Of a DNA stretch of 64,000 nucleotides, positions 57,103-64,000 are shown in pieces. Position numbers and translations under genes: made by a program. Position 1 is the first letter of the stretch. Each line of letters begins with the position of its first letter. Origin of the DNA: Bacteroidota bacterium (GTDB lineage Bacteria; Bacteroidota; Rhodothermia; JANXDC01); NCBI GenBank assembly GCA_025059945.1, contig JANXDC010000001.1:1677-65676 (forward strand), in the 5' to 3' direction. The notes below the pieces were generated by a model. It was not told the DNA's origin. It searched no databases and was given only the letters and a program-made list of their open reading frames with translations.

Positions 57103-57881
57103 AGCGGCTAGCCGCGCTAAAGGAGAAGAAGTATCGTCGGCGCTACGGCCGGTTTCTGGTCGAAGGCCCTCATCTGATCCAAGAGCTGGCCATGTCGGAC
57201 TGGCCCGTGGAGTGGCTACTCCTTACGCCCGATCGCGCCAAGGATCCGGCCCTCAGGCAGGCGCGGCGCAAGCTGGAGGGCCGCGGCGCTTCGGTGGCCT
57301 TGCTTTCGGAGGCGGATATGGCCCGTCTTTCGGAGGTCGCGACCAGCCAAGGCGTCGTAGCCGTCTGTCCGCTTCCGGATCGCTCCTGGAGCCAGAAGCA
57401 GCTCGCAAGCTGGCGGCGGGTGCTCCTGTTGGATGGGCTCGGAGATCCGGGCAACGTGGGGGCGATCATACGCACAGCGGCCTGGTTTGGCTGGGATGCC
57501 GTTTTGCTGGGGCCGGGCTCGGCCGATCCCTACAACCCCAAGGCGGTGCGGGCGAGCATGGGCGGTTTGTTTTTCGTGCCCGTCTACGAGGTTTCTTTGG
57601 AGGAAGCGCTAGAGGCCCTATTAACGCACGATGTGGCCCTCTGGGCGGCTGTGGCGGAGGGAGGAAGGCCCCTTGGGGAGGGGGTGCCCGTGCCGGAGCG
57701 CGTGGCGCTGCTAATCGGCTCAGAGGCCGCAGGGATACGACCGCAGTGGCTTAAGAGGGCTCATGCGCGCGTCTGCATCCCGCGCCTGGGCCGCGGGGTC
57801 GAGTCCCTCAATGCGGCCGTGGCAGCGGGCATTCTGCTGGCCTATCTCAGCGGCCTGGGCCCCAAAACCAGCGCAGGCTGA
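57081..57881 (+). CDS. TrmH/SpoU family RNA methyltransferase
   Basis: FLVEG, DPGNVGAIIRTA, KAVRASMG, GSEAAG, ESLNAAVAAGI. Confidence 0.93.
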   Translation: MLGRERLKRLAALKEKKYRRRYGRFLVEGPHLIQELAMSDWPVEWLLLTPDRAKDPALRQARRKLEGRGASVALLSEADMARLSEVATSQGVVAVCPLPDRSWSQKQLASWRRVLLLDGLGDPGNVGAIIRTAAWFGWDAVLLGPGSADPYNPKAVRASMGGLFFVPVYEVSLEEALEALLTHDVALWAAVAEGGRPLGEGVPVPERVALLIGSEAAGIRPQWLKRAHARVCIPRLGRGVESLNAAVAAGILLAYLSGLGPKTSAG

Positions 57882-59274
57882 AGACTAGACGCCCCCGGCT
57901 GACTTGTTCGTACACGATCGGATCTGGTCCTACGGGGGCTGCATACTGGCGAAACTGATCCGAGAAGCGCGTCTGCGCGTAGGCCACGTCCAGCCGGGCG
58001 TTTTCCCCCATCGGGACGCCCAACCCCAAGCTCCAGGAGCGCTGGCCGAGCGCAAGGCCTCGATGTGGGCTGGGGCTGTTGCTCCAGCCCCCTCGCAGCA
58101 CAAGCCCCTGCGGGCTTGGCAGCTGTAGCTCGGCGCCGAGGCGCTGCTGCACAGTGGGCCGATAGTCTCGACGCAATCGGCGGTTGGCTTCTCCGAACGT
58201 GGCGCTGGGCGCAAGCTCCAAGGCCGTCCAATCGGTCCATTCGGCCTCCGCACTTATGCGGATCAAGGCCATGCGCAGCGAAGCCCCGGCCGAGATCCGG
58301 GCGGGCAGCAAGATGCGGTAGCGATACAGGCCGGACCGGCTATCGGAGAAGCGCTCCCCGTTGTCGAAGGCCGTGCTGAGGGAACTTCTGTAGCGATCGC
58401 GCACCTCCAGGCGGCCCGGCACAAGCAGGGAGGCTCCCACCCGCGCCGCGGCACCGGCCGTATACAGCAGCCCCAGGCGGGCCTGTAAGCCGGACAGTTC
58501 TGAAGAGATCTCATCCAGCAGGCGCAGCGACTCAAAGTCCGTCGTGCCGCCGCGGCCGTTATGGATGTTGCGGCTGTCGAGCTCTTCGAAGACGCGCTCG
58601 TAGCGGTATTGACCCGTATACAGGTAAAGGGCCGCTCCGAAGTGCAGGTTTCGAAGCGCCTCGATCCCATAGGCCAGGCTGATCTGCCCCATCTGGCCGC
58701 GCTCGAAGACCTCTCCCTGCTGGTCCACTTCGCCTTCGAGCACGGCTGGATAGTAGCGCCTGCCCGGCAAGGTGTCGATGGCGTAGGTGCGAAAGGCCAG
58801 ATCAAAGTAAAAAGGGCTTGTGAGGAAATACTCCGTGATGGAATGGCGCGGATTGAAGGCAGCAAACGAAAACCGGCGCGTGAAGTTGGCGGCCTCGTCG
58901 TATCCGATCCCGATAGCTAGGCTACCTCGACGGGTGGGGACTTTCTGTAGATACGCCAAGCTGGGCAGCTGCAGGCGCTGTACGTTATCCCGTTGGATGC
59001 GTTCCAGATACCGCGCTTGATCTTGCACCCCCGTGCCGCTCAGGCTCACCAAGAGCTCGCTTCGAGAGCTCAAGCTCAGGCCGGCCGGGTTGGAGAAGGC
59101 CGCCTCCCAGGAGCCCCCTATGGCCACGTATGCGCCTGCTAGGCCCAGGGCCGTCGCGCTCGGGGCTATGTGCAGCCGGCTATAGCGCAGCGCATCGGTT
59201 TCGTTTTGAGCCCACGCGGGGCTGAGCGCACCCCAAACGGCGCATGCGAGCAAACCGATTCGCAGCCGCCTCAT
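57847..59274 (-). CDS. Outer membrane beta-barrel protein (FadL/OmpP1-like)
   Basis: Signal peptide; DALRYS...ALGLAGAYVA...NPAGL hatch motif; alternating beta-strands; aromatic residues near the C-terminus (LRWFW). Confidence 0.8.
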   Translation of the reverse strand: MRRLRIGLLACAVWGALSPAWAQNETDALRYSRLHIAPSATALGLAGAYVAIGGSWEAAFSNPAGLSLSSRSELLVSLSGTGVQDQARYLERIQRDNVQRLQLPSLAYLQKVPTRRGSLAIGIGYDEAANFTRRFSFAAFNPRHSITEYFLTSPFYFDLAFRTYAIDTLPGRRYYPAVLEGEVDQQGEVFERGQMGQISLAYGIEALRNLHFGAALYLYTGQYRYERVFEELDSRNIHNGRGGTTDFESLRLLDEISSELSGLQARLGLLYTAGAAARVGASLLVPGRLEVRDRYRSSLSTAFDNGERFSDSRSGLYRYRILLPARISAGASLRMALIRISAEAEWTDWTALELAPSATFGEANRRLRRDYRPTVQQRLGAELQLPSPQGLVLRGGWSNSPSPHRGLALGQRSWSLGLGVPMGENARLDVAYAQTRFSDQFRQYAAPVGPDPIVYEQVSRGRLVFSLRWFWGPGR

Positions 59275-59298
59275 AGCGCCTTTCTGGGCCCGGCGAAA

Positions 59299-60174
59299 TC
59301 AGCTTCCATCTCGAGGCGCGCGCGCAGGCCGGCTTACGCCTTCAAGCTCGCTGCGCAGCGGGCGCTGCGGCGGAGGGGCCTCCATGCGCGCCGGGGAGCC
59401 ATGGCGTGGGGGGCTTATCTCCCGGGTCGCGGGCGCGGAACGACCCGCTTCGCGCGACCTGGTTTCCGCAGGGACTGCTGTGCGTTGTGGTCTTGCGGCG
59501 GGGGTCAGAGGCGCGCCGAAAGCGGACCGCGGATGCGCTCCAGGTTCGCTCTTGGGCCGTTCGGCGGGGCTGAGGATCGGGTTTACGCCTGAGGTCCGCA
59601 CGCCCTCTACGGCATCCCGGCTGCGCAGCATGCCCTTCAGAGGAGGCGCTGGGGAGACCGCTTGCGTTCTAGGTGTATGCCCGGGCGCTGAGTCTGAATA
59701 CGGGGTGCGGCCCGATTCGCGGGGTCCGTAATCGGCAGGCTGAGGGATCCGATACCGGTATAGCCCCGTATAGCGCCACGGCGAGGCGTAGTAGGCCGGA
59801 CGCCAGAAGGGATCATAATACGAATAGTAGCCCCAGCGCCACCACGGGTAGCGGAAGATCAGCGTAATGCGCACGGAGCGGGGCTCCCAACACCAAGGAT
59901 CCCACCAAAAAGGGTCATAGTAGCCCCAGATGCCATACCAGCCCACATATCCGTAAGGTGGGCCAAAGGTGTAGGTCCACGTCCTATAGAAGCGATCAAA
60001 AGAGCGGCGCTTAAGATAAGCCCAATCCGAAGCCGATGGGCTTTCCTCGGTGTACCCTTGCTCCGGCTGCGCAGGTTGGCTCAGCTGCAGCTGCGTATAA
60101 CAGCCCGCCATCAGGGGCAGGACCGCGATCCAGAGGGCGCCTCGTGGCATAGCCGTCTTCCCTATGTTGCGCAT
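59299..60174 (-). CDS. Hypothetical lipoprotein with Trp/Tyr-rich core and Pro/Arg-rich tail
   Basis: Lipobox MAGC then YTQL; W/Y/D/P-rich segment; low-complexity C-terminus. Alternative start at 60150. Confidence 0.75.
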   Translation of the reverse strand: MRNIGKTAMPRGALWIAVLPLMAGCYTQLQLSQPAQPEQGYTEESPSASDWAYLKRRSFDRFYRTWTYTFGPPYGYVGWYGIWGYYDPFWWDPWCWEPRSVRITLIFRYPWWRWGYYSYYDPFWRPAYYASPWRYTGLYRYRIPQPADYGPRESGRTPYSDSAPGHTPRTQAVSPAPPLKGMLRSRDAVEGVRTSGVNPILSPAERPKSEPGAHPRSAFGAPLTPAARPQRTAVPAETRSREAGRSAPATREISPPRHGSPARMEAPPPQRPLRSELEGVSRPARAPRDGS

Positions 60175-60390
60175 GTGATTTTGACGCCTAAGATAGCATT
60201 TTGTTGCCCCAGGGCGCAGAACTCAGGCGAAGACAGCCGAAAAGAGCATGCCAACCGCACAACAGAAGACGCAGGCCCTGAGGCGGTGTCCGCTTTTTCC
60301 GTCAGCGTGTTCCGATCTGGGACATACCCCTTGCCTACGGCCCTCTAGAAGGTGTTTCTTTCGGTTCGTATGGCGAGGAGGGTTATTCCT

Positions 60391-61845
60391 ATGCTGCGCT
60401 CATGGTTCGTCGTGCTAGCCGTTCTCGGAGCCGTTTGTTCCGCGGAAGCCCAAGGCCGACTTGCTAGGCGGCCAGATCCCAAGGCGGATTTAGAGGCCCG
60501 CGTAGAGGCGTTAAGGCCGGAGCTGGTGCGGCTTTCGGATGCGCTCTGGGAGTATGCGGAGACGGCACTTCGGGAGGTGCGTTCGGCTGCGCTGTTGGCC
60601 GAAACGCTCGAACGGGCCGGGTTTCGGGTAGAGCGCGGCGTCGCCGGTCTGCCCACGGCCTTCGTGGCCACTTACGGCAGCGGTCGGCCGGTGATCGGGA
60701 TTCTGGCTGAATACGACGCCCTGCCCGGCGTGGGCAACGCCCCCAAGCCCGAGAAGGCGCCGCGCTCCGACGGGGTGGACTCCGGACACGGGTGCGGGCA
60801 CAACCTCTTTGGGGCCGCCTGCGTGGTGGCGGCGATAGCCCTCAAAGAATATATGCAAGCGCACAACCTGTCCGGCACGATCAAACTCTTTGGCTGTCCG
60901 GCCGAAGAGACGCTGGTGGGCAAGGTGTACATGGCCAAAGAGGGGCTCTTTAGCGATCTCGACGCCGCGCTGGAATGGCATCCCGGCACCGAGACGGAGG
61001 TCCGCAATCAGCCCGGTCGTGCGATGAACAACTTTGTCGTGGAGTTTTTCGGACAGGCCGCGCACGCCTCCGCCGACCCCTGGAATGGTCGAAGCGCCCT
61101 GGACGCGGTGGAGCTCATGAACTACGCCGTCAACCTGCTGCGTGAACACGTGCGCCCCTCGGCCCGTATCCATTACGTGATCTCGCATGGAGGGGGGGCC
61201 CCTAATGTCGTGCCCGAATACGCCAAGGTTTGGTATTACGTGCGCGACACTTCTCGCGTGGCTGTAGAGCAGCTCTATGAGCGGGTGCTCAAGTGCGCCG
61301 AGGGGGCGGCTGTTGCCACGGGCACCCGCTACAAGGTCACGCTGCTTGCGGGGGTGCACGAATATCTGCTCAACCGGCCTCTACAGGAGGCCTTATACGC
61401 GAACCTGCAGCGGGTCGGGGCGCCCCGATTTAGCGAGCAGGATCAGGCCTTCGCGCGGCAGCTGCAGCGCTTTTTGGGGCTCGAAGAAAAGGGGCTCAGC
61501 ACCGCAATCAAGCCGCTGGCCCCCAATCCGGAGCCCGCTACGGGGGGCTCAACCGATGTGGCGGAGGTGAGCTGGATCGCGCCCACGGCAGGCCTCAGCG
61601 TGGCCACGGCCGCGCAGCTCATCCCTTGGCATAGCTGGGCCTCCACGGCCTGTCACGGGACCTCGATTGGGCATGCGGGGGCGCTGGTGGCGGCCAAAGT
61701 TTTGGCCCTCACCGGATATGATCTATTGACGCAACCGCGGCTGCTTGAGGCAGCTAAGGCGGATTTTCAGCGCAAAACCGGAGGCCGACCCTATCGGTCG
61801 CCTGTGCCCAAGGATCAAAAGCCGCCTCTCGAGGAGCGCCCATAA
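60391..61845 (+). CDS. M20 family amidohydrolase (AbgB-like), exported
   Basis: GAGGAGG RBS; signal peptide; EYDALP; GHGCGHN; PAEE; WHP; GSTDVAEVSW. Confidence 0.9.
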   Translation: MLRSWFVVLAVLGAVCSAEAQGRLARRPDPKADLEARVEALRPELVRLSDALWEYAETALREVRSAALLAETLERAGFRVERGVAGLPTAFVATYGSGRPVIGILAEYDALPGVGNAPKPEKAPRSDGVDSGHGCGHNLFGAACVVAAIALKEYMQAHNLSGTIKLFGCPAEETLVGKVYMAKEGLFSDLDAALEWHPGTETEVRNQPGRAMNNFVVEFFGQAAHASADPWNGRSALDAVELMNYAVNLLREHVRPSARIHYVISHGGGAPNVVPEYAKVWYYVRDTSRVAVEQLYERVLKCAEGAAVATGTRYKVTLLAGVHEYLLNRPLQEALYANLQRVGAPRFSEQDQAFARQLQRFLGLEEKGLSTAIKPLAPNPEPATGGSTDVAEVSWIAPTAGLSVATAAQLIPWHSWASTACHGTSIGHAGALVAAKVLALTGYDLLTQPRLLEAAKADFQRKTGGRPYRSPVPKDQKPPLEERP

Positions 61846-61853
61846 ATGTCACG

Positions 61854-61886
61854 GCAAAAAGGCCGGATCCCGTCCGGCCTTTTTGC
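61854..61886. terminator. Bidirectional intrinsic terminator
   Basis: GCAAAAAGGCCGGA-TCCCG-TCCGGCCTTTTTGC between the convergent amidohydrolase and tRNA genes. Confidence 0.8.
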
Positions 61887-61898
61887 TTGCAGGCGCTC

Positions 61899-61922
61899 AA
61901 AAAAACCCACTTTTCGGTGGGC
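61899..61922 (-). terminator. Intrinsic terminator downstream of tRNA-Thr
   Basis: Minus strand GCCCAC-CGAAAA-GTGGG followed by T7. Confidence 0.7.
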
Positions 61923-61932
61923 CATATCGGGG

Positions 61933-62005
61933 AGCCAACGGTGGGACTCGAACCCACGACCTGCTCATTACGAGTGAGCTGCTCTACCGGCTGAGCTACG
62001 TTGGC
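61933..62005 (-). tRNA. tRNA-Thr(CGT)
   Basis: Cloverleaf GCCAACG..GCTC/GAGC..GCTCA-CT CGT AA-TGAGC..GTGGG-TTCGAGT-CCCAC..CGTTGGC-T; CCA is not encoded. Confidence 0.96.
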
Positions 62006-62024
62006 TTGCTCAACGAAGGCTTGG

Positions 62025-62032
62025 CAAATATA
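62025..62032 (-). promoter_or_regulatory. Bacteroidota-type -7 promoter element of tRNA-Thr
   Basis: Minus strand TATATTTG about 20 nt upstream of the tRNA 5' end. Confidence 0.65.
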
Positions 62033-62199
62033 CGCCGAGCCGCGTAGGGCGAGCAAGAGCATAGACCCCGACGGGCAAAAACGATACAAGCTGGATCCAA
62101 AAAGAAAAATGCCGGACGGAAAAAGGGAAAAAATCCGCTTTTTGAGCTCCCGGCACATGGCTTGCTGCGGCGTACCAGGCCCATTAGCGTGGTCTTCCC

Positions 62200-63879
62200 A
62201 TGCGTGGTTCCGAGCCTTGCAGCCGTTTCCTCCCGATCCTCGGGCTTTGGGTTTTATCCTGGGGGGCCACGATCGGGGTACACTTATGGGCTTATCAGCG
62301 GGGGGCTGATCTCGCTCTTGCCCTCTTCGGTGGGATCTTCGCCTTGGGACTGGTGGGCTCCCTGCTGCTGTGGGGCGCATATACCGGCGCAGATCAGGTA
62401 CACCCGTCTCGGCAGGGGTGCTTTTCTGAATCCCCCAACATAACGGAGGCTTCTGAACCCGACTGGGCGCATTGGCCTGTAGCAGTGGCTATAGTGGACC
62501 CCCACGGCCGTATCGAGAGGGCCAACGCCGCTGCGCGGGCCCTTAAGGCCGGGGCCCGGCATGTACAAGATTGGGGGCTAGAGGATGAACAAGGACGACC
62601 TTTGGCGGGCTGGATAAGCATCGGTTCCGCCTCCCAAAGCTCAATCGTAGGGGGGATGGTATTTCGGCGTACTGCAGATGCCCAAGACCGCCGTTGGGTT
62701 GCCTTCCTCGCTCCGCACGCCCGGGCTGGACGTTGGTATCTGATTTTAGCTCCGACACCCCAAGCCTCCGCCTCCACGGCGCTCGATACGTCGGAGGAAG
62801 GCCTTCAGCAACGGTTTTTGAGTCTGCTATCCCACGAGATCCGCACCCCGGCCAACGTGCTCGTGGGCTACGCCGAGATGCTCAAGCGCGAATGGGGGGA
62901 ACCGCAGAACCTCTTCATACGGGAGGCTTTAGAGGCGATCGCGCAAAACAGCTTGCGCTTGGTGCACACGATCGAGAGCCTGCTGGAGATTGCGCGTTTG
63001 GAAGCGGGAGAGTGGCGTCCCAGCCCTAGGCCGGTCTATGCCGATGCGTTGTTAGAGCGCCTCGCGGGTCGTTACGCCTCGCTGGCCCAGGCCAAGGGTT
63101 TGCGATGGTCTTTGCAGCTAGAGGCCGGTCCGTTGCCCGTGCGGTCGGACCCAGATGCGTGTCGGAAGGTGATGGAATCCATCCTTGAGAACGCGATCAA
63201 GTTTACCGAGCGGGGAGGTATCGCTGTGCGCACACGTCGACGGGGGGCCAACTGGGAGCTCAGCGTGCAGGATACCGGCATCGGCATCGCTCCGCAGGTG
63301 CTGCAGCGTTTGGGGGAGCCTTTCCGTCAAGGGCATGAGGGCCTGTCCCGGCCTTACGAGGGACTGGGCCTGGGCCTGGCGCTCGCACACCGACTGGTGC
63401 GCCTTACGGGCGGGGAGCTGGAGATCCGTTCCCAGTCCGGCGTAGGCACGACCGTGTGGGTGCGCTGGCCGCTGCTCACCCCCAGGCCGATTCCGGAGGG
63501 CGTCTGTCTGCGAGGTTGCCGGGTGCTGCTATACGACCCAGATCCGCGTCGTCCAGGCTGGTTGGCCGCGCTCCTAGAGCGCGTGCAGGCCGAAGTGCTG
63601 CGGGTGCAGACGCTGGAGGCCTTTTGGGAGGCCCTGGGGCGGGGGGGGTTCGATGTGTGCGTGGTGAACTTGGCCCCGATGGAGCAAGGGAGCTGGGAGC
63701 GCTTTCTGGAACGGATTCAGACTCTGCGCGCCTTACCGCTTGTGGCGGTGGCTCCCCTTAGGGGAGAAGCCGATCGCCGCACCCTCTGGGGACTGGGGTG
63801 CTCCGGGGCGATAGACATCTCCCAGAGCGGAATCGAGCTCGGCCGCGAGGTTATGAGCTGTTGGCTAGCCGCTTCCTAG
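62200..63879 (+). CDS. Membrane sensor histidine kinase (2 TM, PAS-like, HisKA, HATPase, degenerate receiver)
   Basis: SHEIRTP H-box, ENAIKFT N-box, DTGIGI, GLGLGL; C-terminal receiver-like domain. Confidence 0.9.
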   Translation: MRGSEPCSRFLPILGLWVLSWGATIGVHLWAYQRGADLALALFGGIFALGLVGSLLLWGAYTGADQVHPSRQGCFSESPNITEASEPDWAHWPVAVAIVDPHGRIERANAAARALKAGARHVQDWGLEDEQGRPLAGWISIGSASQSSIVGGMVFRRTADAQDRRWVAFLAPHARAGRWYLILAPTPQASASTALDTSEEGLQQRFLSLLSHEIRTPANVLVGYAEMLKREWGEPQNLFIREALEAIAQNSLRLVHTIESLLEIARLEAGEWRPSPRPVYADALLERLAGRYASLAQAKGLRWSLQLEAGPLPVRSDPDACRKVMESILENAIKFTERGGIAVRTRRRGANWELSVQDTGIGIAPQVLQRLGEPFRQGHEGLSRPYEGLGLGLALAHRLVRLTGGELEIRSQSGVGTTVWVRWPLLTPRPIPEGVCLRGCRVLLYDPDPRRPGWLAALLERVQAEVLRVQTLEAFWEALGRGGFDVCVVNLAPMEQGSWERFLERIQTLRALPLVAVAPLRGEADRRTLWGLGCSGAIDISQSGIELGREVMSCWLAAS

Positions 63880-64000
63880 CTGCCAGCGGCTGCACGGCCT
63901 CCAGCATCCAGGAGTGCAGATGGCTATTGGTGGCCAGGATCTGACGGCCGAAAAGGTAACCAGATCCCCCGTCGAAATCCGTCACCGCTCCGCCTGCCTC
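63851..64000 (-). CDS. Inositol monophosphatase family protein (3' end only)
   Basis: Minus-strand frame EAGGAVTDFDGGSGYLFGRQILATNSHLHSWMLE...* matches the SuhB-type C-terminus. Confidence 0.8.
   Translation of the reverse strand, partial: EAGGAVTDFDGGSGYLFGRQILATNSHLHSWMLEAVQPLAARKRLANSS

Noticed and set aside
61846..62199. tRNA-anchored genomic island
   Set aside because: No integrase, no duplicated tRNA 3' end seen, and the flanking genes look native.
1..64000. CRISPR arrays, IS elements, prophage, toxin-antitoxin or restriction/defence systems
   Set aside because: None recognised by eye; nearly all sequence is accounted for by ordinary CDS and short intergenic regions.

Overview
GC-rich, gene-dense chromosomal window from an FCB-superphylum bacterium, most likely a Rhodothermota/Bacteroidota-like organism. 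This placement is an inference from a T9SS C-terminal sorting domain, TAnnTTTG promoter elements, D-(S/T)-hydrophobic motifs in exported proteins, and clear Shine-Dalgarno use. It holds about 57 CDS, mostly housekeeping or metabolic (aroE, pgeF, wecB, gatB, tpiA, greA, mtgA, lysA, deoC, frameshifted prfB, nfi, nadB, trmB, glmM), many exported hydrolases and lipoproteins, and one tRNA-Thr(CGT). I found no CRISPR array, integrase, transposase, prophage or recognisable defence system. The best candidates for undescribed biology are: (i) a coupled GT2/FAD-oxidoreductase/deacetylase/WecB operon behind a sigma54-like promoter; (ii) an orphan membrane protein with four His motifs; (iii) an M1 aminopeptidase with a beta-barrel-like C-terminal extension; (iv) a tandem TlpA pair with one Cys-less copy; (v) a terminator-like hairpin in the greA leader; and (vi) an unannotated 32-aa ORF with a very strong RBS. 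All functional calls come from motif recognition by eye; no database searches were run.
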